This document shows, piece by piece, positions 11,936 to 23,038 of a DNA stretch of 64,000 nt. Below the pieces are notes generated by a model. That model was not told the DNA's origin, did no database searches, and worked only from the letters and a program-made list of their open reading frames with translations. Source of the DNA: Macrostomum lignano (Eukaryota); the NCBI GenBank assembly GCA_002269645.1, contig NIVC01003322.1, forward strand, positions 1 through 64,000, read 5' to 3'. Each line of letters opens with the position of its first letter. Within the stretch, counting starts at the first letter, position 1. A program made the translations under genes and the position numbers.

Positions 11936-14900
11936 TCAGTTCTGCTTGCCGATAAGCTGGCGCAGCACGATGTTCCGCGTCCGTCCGCCTGGAGCCCGAA
12001 CTTTAACGCCATCGGCACTCCGCGCACGACTCAGAGCCACGTAGAGCTGGCCATGCTGAAAGCAAGCCGTCGTCAGGTCGACGGCGTAGGTGCCCAGCGA
12101 CTGGCCCTGGCTCTTGTGGATGGTCATGGCGAAGCACGGCCGGATCGGGAACTGCAGACGGCGGAAAACAAACGGAACCTCTGTCGGACTCGGCTCCTGC
12201 GGGATCCGCGGGATGAACACCTGCCGCGAACGGTAGACGCCGGTGGTTACCTCCGCTAGCAGGACGTTGTCACGCAGTTCACGCAGCAGTAGCCGAGTCC
12301 CGTTGCACAGCAGCGGTGGGTCCAGATTCCGCATCATGACGACCGGCATGCCGACCTTCAGCTCCAGTCGGTGATGCGACATACCGCTGGGGTCCAGCCG
12401 GTTCAGCAGCTCCGGTGGAAAATTGGTGGCTGCCGTGTCGTCATTCGGAATCGAGTCAACAGATAAGTAGACTCGACTCTCACCGGGGAAGAGCGCTAAG
12501 CAGGCGGCGTTGGCCTCGTCCACCGTCCTGTTGAGTGGCGCCAGGATGCTCCGCTCCGCGAACATCTGGTCACGCTGCGCACTCGGCTCAAAGGACGGGT
12601 AAACATGCCGAATGAGCTGCTCAGTGGTTGTGTCCTCGGGCAGAAGGATCTCGCTAGGCAAGGAGACCATGCCCTCAACGTCCTCTGGCAGCTCCCCGTT
12701 GCCAACCTGACGGTGAAAAAGTGGAATAAAATTTTACAATTTTTTCCTTCAATTTGCATGCTTAATGAGAGCATAGAAACTCCATAGATTCTCACCTGCA
12801 TAAGAAAATCCGCGTAGCTTTGGAGAGCCGAGCCGCCCTCCAGCCGCAGATTCCTTGTGAGCTGGTGCTGCCTGAAGTGCGGCCACAGCACCGACCGATT
12901 CAGGCAGGCTTCAATCGTGTTGGCCTGCGTCCCTCCGGGCACAACAGCAAGCAACTGGCGAAAGTCGCCAGCCAGCACCAGCAGCGCTCCCCCGAACGGC
13001 TGCCCACCGTGCAGCAAATCACGCAGAGAACGCTCGACGATCTCGAGGTCTTTGCGGTGCGTCATCGGAGCCTCGTCCCACACGATGAGGCGGGCGTTCC
13101 GCAGAATCTCCGCCAATTTGCTCCGCCTGCCGATGGAGCAGAAGGCGCTGTCCTGCCGTACAGCGCAGACGGGGATCTTGAACCTGTAGGCAGGTATCGC
13201 GAGGATTTTCAATTTTGAGGATAAATTAAAAGGATTAAAAGGATGCCTTTCTGTGCTTAAAAATGAACCGTTTATAAAATGATTGATGCAGACACAAAAC
13301 TCACATCGAATGGGCGGTCCGACCTCCGGGAAGAATAGTCGCCGCGATGCCCGATGACGCGACGGCAACAGCAATTTGACGCCTTGCTCGAACCGACTTC
13401 AGCAGAAGCGTGAGCAGGAACGTCTTGCCTGTGCCTCCAGGAGCGTCAATGAAGTGCAGCCCGCCGCCACCGGCCGTCAGATTGGACTGCACGGCCTCGA
13501 AGACAGCTCGCTGCTCGTCAGTCAGGGTAGCGACCAGCGCATCCACTTCAGACTGCAGCTCAGCAGCTTCTTGCGGCGTCGGCAGGCAGTCAGAAAGAAG
13601 CCGAGCCTGGATATTGAGAAGAAGCTGTCATCAGTAAGCTATTAAAGGTTAAAAATATCAACAGTCAGTGTGCATAGCAGTGAGTTCATTTACTTGATCC
13701 GCTTCTGCCGGTGGTTCAGGAAGGCCGTAGGCAGACAGCTCGGATCCGCCCATCCGCTCCAGCCGCTTCTGCAGCGACCGCAGCACTTCGGCCATAGCAG
13801 CCTCGGCGCTCAAGCCCTGATGCAGCAGGTCGCCAGCCATCTCGCGGGAAAACTTCTCCCAGAGCTTGGCGGGGTCGCTGGGATCGCCGTGCGCCAAAAT
13901 TGCGGCAAAAAGTCGGCGCAGAGCAGCAGGCATCCGCGTCTGGGCAGCCTCATACAGACACAGCTGCCAGTGCCTGTCGTCTTCCAGCAGTCCGCGAGCC
14001 TGGCAGGCGGCCTTGAAGGTCGGCAGCAGGACTCCGTCAACAGTGCGCAGAGCCTCGAACGAAGTCGGGCCGCGCACATTCACCAGCAGCAGGCGCAGGT
14101 AAAAACAGTCGCCCATCCGAGGACTGACTGTGTAGATGCGGCCGATGTTGCTGGTCGTCAGAACATCGGCTGGCTGATCAGCAGCGACTCGGCCGCGACC
14201 TGCGCGATGCCACTGGTGCGCCCTGGGGTCCCAGGTGAAGTGCCGGGGCACCTCCTGGTACAGCAGACCGCGGGCGATTTCGTCATGGCGACAGAGCTGG
14301 GCGGGTAGGAACAGGAAAGTGGGCGGGTAGAAACAGGAAGGAGGGATAAATTTAACAAATTGCACTTTGTCTGCAAAACTCACATCGAAGAAGGCGGTCA
14401 AAGTCGTGGCCTTGGGCGTAGCAGCAACAGCCTGAGCCGTCTCGTCAGTGAAGAAGACCCGCTGCTCGTCCTTAAGATGAACCGCGAGCCTGATCACAGG
14501 CGGGTATCGGCTGTGCACCTCGAAGCCCAGGATGGTGTTAACCGCCTCCATTGGACCGATGAACCTGCCCAGTAGGTATTCGTCGATCTCGTCGATCTTG
14601 CGTCGCTTTGCGGAAGTCGCAGCAGCAGCAGCAGCAGTCCCAGTCGACGCGGACGGACCGGCGATCGCCAGTGGTCCTTCAGTGGCCGAATCAGCGCTGG
14701 CATTCGCAGCAGCCGCCGACTCCTTGCGGATCTGGTATGCTGCCATGTCGCTACCCTTGGTGATGTACTTCACCACGTACTTGATGGCCCGAACTGTCGC
14801 GCAGATCTCGACATTCAGGTGACAGCGAAACTCGCGCAGCAGCGCTGGGCAGTACGGCACCACCCAGCGGTTGTCAAAGGTGAACATCACCCTCTGACCG

Positions 14901-17557
14901 CCGCGCAGCTTTGCGAGCTTCGTCACCGTGAAGCCGCCCATCTCGACGGATCTGCGGCAGTAATGCGGGTAGCCATCCTCCTCGACCTTCGTGGCGGCCA
15001 GGAACTCCCTCGGGTAGCGCTTGCTGCACCTGCCTTTCTCCATGCACGCCGCGGCAGAATTGAGCTGCTGTCCACAGGGACCGTGCAGCATGTTCTCCGC
15101 CACCAGCTGATGCAGGTCGGCGTCGGCGACAGGGTCCGGGATCTCCGCGCTGATGACGGCGTCGTACTGATCCGGCTTCAGCTTGTTCGCCAGCCAAAGC
15201 AGCGCGTGCACGTGGGGAAGACCTAGAGGTAGATAAAATGAAAAACTCTATTGAAATTTACGAAATTATGGAGGCGACAGATAATGCAAGATTTTTAAAA
15301 TTTTAAAAAGTTCACAAATTTCACACTTGCCTCGCTTCTGGTACTCCAGCGAGCAGACTCGAGCAAGAGTATCTCCAAACAGACTCTTCAGCCTGTTTAG
15401 GAAGGCCTTTTTCTTCAGCTCGAACACCCGGGCGGTGATGTCCGGCCGATCGACAGCAGTCTGTCCTGGAAGCAGCTCGGCCAGAATTTCCGGCCACTTC
15501 GGGTTGCATGTCATCGTCAGAAACAGGTCTGGGCGGCCAAAGGCGTGAACATACGCCATGGCATCCTGCTGACGCTCCAGACGGTACCGTGGACCTCCCA
15601 CGTAGCTGGAAGTAAGAATGACACGCTTCCCGACTTCCTCCGGCCTGCCGTCGTCCTCGTGCAGCGCGTCTCGGAGACCCCGAAGACTTTCCGACACCAG
15701 ATCCTTTTGGTGCAGTCGGATGTACGTAAGTCGCTCGGACTCGATCTTAGCAGCCTGGTCCACCAGGTACTGCTGGAAGAGTCGGCGACCGTACAGCAGG
15801 CTGTTGAACTGGACTGGGCGCACCTGGATCATGAAGGCATAGTACTTCATGATAGTGATGCCACGATCCTGCTTGAGTCCGATGCTCCAGCCGTCCTCAC
15901 CAAATGGGAACAGCAGGACGTACTCCAAGGGATCGTAGGAGCGGTGGGTATCACAGATGCTCTGGAGGCCTGTGAATCAAAAGTGATGAAAGGGCGAATT
16001 CTCATTTTTTAAATGCAAATACAGCAACTAAATTAATGAAACAGAATGTTTGAGTCTTCCAATTGACACAAAAGCAAAAGATAATAAATTGCTTCAATAT
16101 TTAAGCGATACATGTGCAAAAAGAAGCGCAAAAGTCTGAGTCTTTTTAGGAAAATGATTTAAATGCCTGTATTAACAAATAAAAAAGTTAAACATAATTT
16201 CGAGATGCAGAACTCACCACCCCCCCTCAGACGCAAAATCACGTCCCGCCGTCGCGTCTGGGCTGCGCCTTCGGTATCGTCAAGGTCCGTCAGGATGCCT
16301 ACTTCACTGCACTCGGGCAAATTGAAGCTCTGGCATGCTCCCCTGATGGACGGGCATCGGGGTTGATGACGATCTTGGCGCTTTGCAGCTGAGGGTCGTT
16401 GCGGAGCAAGTCAACGGCGGACTTGAGGCTGCGCACGTAGCCGTTGCACGCATGCAGCATGGCTTGCAGCTCTTCCAGCACACGACCGTTCAGTCCGGTG
16501 GCCCACTGCAGCCGGGTTTGCAGCTCCTGGTCCACAAAAAAGACCTGGCAGAACCTGGCCTCATCCCCCGGATCCGGCAAGAGACTGCCGATCTTGTGGT
16601 GCACCTGACCATTGAGAATGAAGCTCGGGTTCCAGCCGGGCTGCTCACGCTGCTTGGCACCGAGCGACGTCATGTGGAGCGCGCCGTTGTACTTCCTGAT
16701 GTCCTTCAGGAACTGAGAGCTGTCTGGGTGCTGGCCAGTCAGAAGCCGCTTCAGGACATCAGGGGGGTCACGGCGGGGCTCCAGGACGGTCTGAGTTGGA
16801 TTTACGTTGGATTTATCACTTTCAGCAGCACATCACGCAATTGTCTATGACTAATGACTCCATTGGTGGTCAAAGGTTTCATACTGTATACAATGATTAG
16901 TATAAAAAGCATTAATGAGGCAGCAATTCAAGTAAACTAAAATAAAAAAATGGACTTACCTTTCCAGCGTGGCAGCAAATGCTAGCTGGCTCGTCCTTCC
17001 AGCGTAGCGCGCTGCAGTGCGGACATTGGCGGTCCATGCGACCGAGGACATGTGGCTGGTGTGCCAGCTCCAGCAGTCTGTGGCAACGAAGAAGGTGCAT
17101 TTCAATCATTACTAATAAATGAATTATAAAATCCAGATGTACATGCATAAAGTTTATTAGTATCAGAGAAGAGATCAGTCTCGCACGTAAGAATAGCAGA
17201 ATAAATAATCAGGAACCCCTACCTGTCTCGGCGCCAGCCTGCCTGTACATGTAGACGGCGGTCGCGGTCGTCAGCGGACTCAGCCGCGCGATTCTGGTTC
17301 TGGCGCTGCCGCTGCGCCTCCAGTCGATGCTGATGGACCGCTTCGTCCTCGACTTCACGACTTTCGGCTGTGCACAGTCGATTCGCCTCAAGGCGATGCT
17401 GGCGCTGAACTTCGCCTTCAGCCTCACGGCTTTTGGCTGTGCGCAGTCGATTCGCCTCAAGGCGATGCTGGCGTTCTTCAGGTGTCTCCGACGCCCTGCG
17501 CTTCTTGGCTGCCGATGCAGCGCGTGAAGAACGGGAAATATTTCCGCGTTTCGGCAT
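11936..17557 (-). CDS. Helitron RepHel transposase (HUH Rep endonuclease + PIF1-family helicase), 9 exons, ~1,528 aa, one apparent 1-nt frameshift
   Basis: Exons (minus): 17557-17223, 17077-16960, 16790-16218, 15969-15331, 15222-14384, 14296-13694, 13624-13305, 13183-12796, 12706-11936. All intron phases are consistent once 1 nt is restored at ~16,328. Motifs: CPHC..CC zinc finger, YDPLEYVLLFPFGEDGW, Rep motif 1 PDLFLTMTCNP, motif 2 EYQKRG|LPHVH, motif 3 YVVKY, Walker A GGTGKT, RTAHSM|FKIP, Walker B DEAPM, TIHKSQGQS. Confidence 0.93.
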
Positions 17558-18302
17558 TTTGGATGAAAAAAATAAGCAAAAATAGGCTAAAATAGGCTAA
17601 AATAGGCTAAAATAAGCAAAAACAGGCAAAAATGAGTAAAAATGAAAAAAAATTTAGTGTATTTTGATAGGTAAATAGCAAAAACGGCAGATTGGAGAGA
17701 ATGAGAGAAATCTATTATGATATGGAAAATTGAATTGAAAATTGAAAATTCGCCTCATTAAGTAAGTAAAGGCCCAGTGAAAAAATCAATAAACAGAACT
17801 TTAGGCCCCACCAGTCTGTCCATTTCCCAGTTAAAGGGACTGACTGACTAAAGGCGCCGATAATAAAACCAAATCGTAGCCTCTGTTTACACTGTACAGT
17901 GGTATGTACTCAGCCAAAGCCCAACCCCACCCCCCCCCCGAAGCATAGAATTTCACTGAACCCCCAAAACGCGGGGGGGGGGGTTATTTGCATTGAACGC
18001 AGAACACGCGCACCTACCAACCCTCAATACACAGCGACCCGCGGGCGGAGGTTGGGGTGGCTATTTTTACAAACAGACTGCCAACTCTCTTACTGGAAAG
18101 ACAGAAGGGCCAAAGAAGGTTAAAAGCAGTTTTCTGCTTTTTTAGGGATGTTAAAATGTGAAAATTAAAAATTAAAATAGCCTAAAGCCTGATCCGGAAA
18201 ATTTTCTGTTTTCCCATATAAGTTTCGACGCTGACTTGCCAGTTGTCTAGGAGAAAAATCGCAACACACACACAATCATCGCACCAGTTTTAGTATTAAG
18301 AA

Positions 18303-20502
18303 GAAGTGGAACTCCTCCTTCGGAGGAGAAAGGGGAAGAACTCCCATCACCGGAATTCTATTCCCTAAAATATCCATCAACTGAAATTCCATGTCTTTAA
18401 CCCTATCTTCCAAATCGTCTCCAAATTCTTTACAAAATCTTTCAAAGACCATAGCTCAAAGACTCTCAAGTCTCTCATATCTCCTCTCTCCTCTCTTTCA
18501 TCTCATCTCTACCCCTGCTCCCTTATTTATCTCTTCTCCCTCGTCTTTCGTCTGTACCTTCTCCTGTCTTCTGTCTCCTCTCTTCACTCTTATCTCTCCC
18601 TCTTCTCTCCTCTCTCATATGTCATCTCTACTCACTTATCTATCGTCTCTCTTAACCCTCTCTCTCTCTTCTCTTTTCTCTTCTCTCTGCTCTCATTTCT
18701 CATATTTCATATACGCTCTGACACTACTTTCTTGTCTCCCATCTTTCTTCCTCCTTTTCACTATCCCTGTCTCTTCTCTTCTCTCTTTTCTATTCTCTCC
18801 ATTCTCTCTTTTCTCCTTTCCTTGCTCCTTTCATCTCTCTCCTCTCTCCTCACTCTCTTCTCCTTTCGCTTCTCTCTCCTCTCTCTCCTCTCATCTTTAC
18901 TACCTTATTTATATCTTCTCCCTAGTCTTTCGTCTGTACTCTCTCCTGTCTCCTCTCTCCCCTGCTCTCTCATCCCTCATCTCCTCATCTCACTCTTTCT
19001 TTCTCCTCTACTCTCCCCTCTCTTCTATTGCCTCTGTACGCTCTTATCCCTCATCTATTCTCTCTCCTATCATCTCCAATCTGTCATGTCTAATCTCTCC
19101 ACTCAATTATACTCTGTTTTCTATCATCTCTTCTCTCTTCTCTTTTCAGTCTTCTCTTTACTCTCTTCTCTGACTGATTGAAGATGCCAAATCCATCAAG
19201 ATCCTCTCCGCGAAGCAAAAATCCTGTCTGTGCAACTAAAAACCATCGAAATCCTCTCCGTGAAACTGGACTCCTTCGAAATCCTCTCCTTGAAACCTGA
19301 ATCCATCAAAATTGTTTCCATAAAACAGAAATCAATCATAAATTATCTCCGCGAAACAGAAAGCCTCTCCGTGAAGCTGAACATGATCGAAATCCTCTCC
19401 GTGAAACTGAACACCATGGAAATCCTTTCGTGAAACTGAACATCATCGAAATCCTCTCCACGAAACAGAAATCTTCTCCGTCAGAATTTAAACATTGAAA
19501 TCGTCTCCGCTAAACTTGACTTAATCGAATTTTTTCCGTCAAACAACTCAACTCGCCAGATTCATTAGGGTTAGGGTTAGGGTTAGGGTTAGAACTACGC
19601 ACAGCTTCGTGTTAAAAGGCACAGATAAAAATATTGAACTAATTGAATCAATTCATTGCGCAACCGATTTCACAGTCAGTCAGTATCAGCCTCAGGTAAA
19701 GTTAACAAAAGATTGCGCAATCTAAATCAACCCTCCAATCCACAGCAGCAGTGAGAAGTTGAACCCTCCCCCCAACTTTATCTATTACGTCTTGCAAAAC
19801 TGAGTACAATATTTGCAAAAAGTTAAAAGTATGGAAATAGTTTTCCAAATGCTGTGCTTTTTCTTTTCATAGTTAAAGCAAACAACTTTTATCCCCGAAC
19901 TCAGCGTTGCAAGATCTTGCCAGCAATATAAGTTTCTCCTCTCAAAGTTTAAAACTCGAGGAACAGTTAGCGTTTGAAACTGTCTGATTTATAGCATTGA
20001 AGTATCGAGTGTACGTTCACTGCCTGCTTGCAAGTTGATGCATTGAATTTCAATGTCCAACAAATACACAGGACTGCCCATTGATAGGCAGGAAAACTTA
20101 TCAGTAGCCATATCATTGCGCAATTATCTATAAAGTCAGCCAGTGAGCCAGGGTCCAATTGTACACACGCCGCCAATGAGAACGCGCCCATTCCCCCACA
20201 GGAGAGAAAATGCACTGGCGACATAGGAAAAAGTTGTGGCGTAATCACTCAAAATTTATGCCAATTTTCAGCTCCGAGCAGAAAGAGGGGACAATTAAGA
20301 TTATCAAAGGTCAAGACCGCCGTTTTCTGCTTTTTTAGGGATCTTAAAAATTGAAAATGAAAGATTAAAATAGCCTAAAGCCATCCTCGGAAAATTTGCA
20401 GTTTTCCCATATAAGTTTCAACGCTGAGTTGCAAGTATTCTAGGAGGAGTTATCGAACTGACATACAGACAGACAAACAACGCGTCAACTTTAGTATATA
20501 GA
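18303..20502 (-). mobile_element. Non-autonomous Helitron unit U6
   Basis: (TTAGGG)4 at 19,565-19,592; 5' TC at 20,502 joined exactly to CTCG of U7. Confidence 0.85.
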
Positions 20503-23038
20503 CGAGTGGAACTCCTCCTTCGGAGGAGAAAGGGGAAGAACTCCCATCACCGGAATTCTATTCCCTGAAATATCCATCAACTGAAATTCCATGTCTTTAA
20601 CCCTATCTTCCAAATCGTCTCCAAATTCTTTACAAAATTTTGAAAGACCATAGCTCAAAGACTCTTACGTCTCTCATATCTACTCTCTCCTCTCTTCGCT
20701 ATTATCGTGACTCGCTTCTCTCTCCTCTCTCTCATCTCATCTCTACCCCTACTCTCTTATTTATCTCTACTCCCTTATTTATCTCTTCTCCCTCGTCTTT
20801 CGTCTGTACCCTATCCTGTCTACTCTCCTATCTTCTATCTTATCTCTCCCCTTTTCTCTCCTCTCTCATATCTCATCTCTAATCACTTATCTATCGTCTC
20901 CGCTCTACTTTCTCTCTTCTTTTTTCTCTCTTCTCTCTGCTCTCATTTCTCGTATCTCTTATACGCTCTCACCCTCTCCTTTCTTATCTCCCATCTTTCT
21001 TCCCTCCTTTCTACTGCATCACCTGTCTCCTCTCTTCTCTTTTCTCTCCTCTCCATTCTCTCTTCTCTACTCTCATCTCCCCTCATCTCTTCTCTAATCT
21101 CTAATCTCTTCTCTCTCTTATTTTCTCACTCATCTCTTTTCTCATTGCATCTCTCATCTCTCCTCTCTCTCTCTCCTCTCATCTGTACTATCTTTTTTAT
21201 CTCTTCTCCCAGGTCTTTCAAATTTACTCTCTCCTGTCTCCTCTCTCCCCTCGTCTTTCCTCTCTCATATCTCTTCTCTACTCACTTATATATTCTCTCT
21301 CCTCTGCTCCCCTTTTACACTTTCCTATATGCTCTCACTCTCACCCTCCCCTTTCTTATCTGCTGTTTTTACACTCCTTTCTACCACCTGTCTCCTCTCG
21401 TTTCTCTCCTCTCTGCACTCTCATCTTTACCCTCTTCTTTCTCCTCACTACTTTCTTCTCTTAAATCTCTGATCTCTGATCTTTCATCTCTCTCCTCTCA
21501 CCTCTCACCTCTCTCCTCTCTTTCCTCTCTTCTATTGCCTCTGTACGCTCTTGTCCCTCCTTTCTTCTCCATCCTGTCTCCTCTCTGCAATCTCATATCT
21601 CCTCTCTCATATCCTCTCCCTTCATCTCCTCTCTCCTCTTCTCTTCTCTCTCCTTCGTTCCCGCCTTACTTTCCTCTTCTCTCCCATCTGTCATGTCTAA
21701 TCTCTCCACTCATTTCTACTCTGTTTTCTACCATCTCATCTCTCTTCTCTTTTCATTCTTCTCTTTACTCTCTTCTCTGACTGATTGAAGATGCCAAATC
21801 CATCAAGATCCTCTCCGCGAAGCAGAAATCCTGTCCGTGCAACTGAAAACCATCGAAATCCTCTCCGTGAAGCTGAACATCATCGAAATCCTCTCCGTGA
21901 AACTGAACACCATCGAAATCCTCTCCACGAAACAGAAATTTTCTCCGTCAAAATTAAAACATTGAAATCGTCTCCGCTAAACTGGACTTAATCGAATTTT
22001 TTCCGTCAAACAACTCAACTCTCCGGATTGGTTAGGGTTAGGGTTAGGGTTAGGGTTAGAACTACGCACAGCTTCGTGTTAAAAGGCACTGATAAAAATA
22101 TTGAACTAATTGAATCATTTCATTGCGCAACCGATTTCACAGTCAGTCAGTATCAGTCTCAGTTAAAGTTAACAAAAACATTGCGCAATATAAATCAACA
22201 CTCCAATACACAGTAGCAGTGAGAAGTTGAACCCTCCCCCCCCCAACTTTATCTATTACGTCTCGCAAAACTGAGTACAATCTTTGCAGCAAGTTAAAAG
22301 TATGGAAATAGTTTTTTCAAATGCTGACATGCTGTGCTTTTTCTTTTCATATTTAAAGCAAACAACTTATATCCCCGAACTCAGCGTTGCAAGATCTTTC
22401 CAGCAATATAAGTCTCTCCTCTCAAAGTTTAAAACTCGAGGAACAGTTAGCGTTTGAAATTTACCGATTTCCCGACTGCTTGCTAGAGATAGAGAAGCTC
22501 GCAAGTTTATTCATTGAATTTCACTGCCAAACTAATACACAGGGCTGCCTATGGAAAAAAAGGCGCCAATAATAAAACCAAATGAATCTCGACACAGTCT
22601 ATCTATTTACACTGTACAACTGCTATGTACACTCAACTCAAGCCCAACCCCTGTTCTGGGGGAAGCATTAACTTTAACTCAACCCCCCCAACACGCGGGG
22701 GGTTTTATTTGCATTGAACGCAGAACACGCGCACCCACCACCCCTCAATACACAGCGGCCCCGCGGGCGGAGGTTGGGGTGGCTATTTTTACAAACTGGC
22801 TGCAGCCCCAGGCAGAGTAGCAAAAGAAGGTTATTGGGGGTCAAAAAGGCAGTTTTCTGCTTTTTTAAGGATCTTAGAAATTAAAATTTCAGAATTAAAA
22901 TAGCCTATAGCCGACCTCGGATAATTTCCAATCTTCCCATATAAGTTTCAACGCTGAGTTGGCACTATTCAAGGAGGAGTTGTCGAAATGACAGACAGAC
23001 ATACAGACAGACAAACAACGCGTCAACTTTAGTATATA
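20503..23038 (-). mobile_element. Non-autonomous chimeric unit U7
   Basis: U2-type CT tract; TTAGGG 22,030-22,059; segment ~22,560-22,800 resembles the autonomous element's 5' region (17,860-18,070) but ends in the common TATATACTAAAG-type 5' end. Confidence 0.8.

Larger units (their letters stand above)
10598..18301 (-). mobile_element. Autonomous-type Helitron embedded in the array
   Basis: 5' end TCTTAATACTAAAAC at 18,301; RepHel gene 17,557-11,936; 3' hairpin 10,607-10,623 followed by TTGGCCTCG ending at 10,598 and joined directly to the next unit's 5' end. Confidence 0.9.

Noticed and set aside
12053-16850. Plus-strand ORFs overlapping RepHel
   Set aside because: Antisense shadows of GC-rich coding exons; no recognisable motifs.
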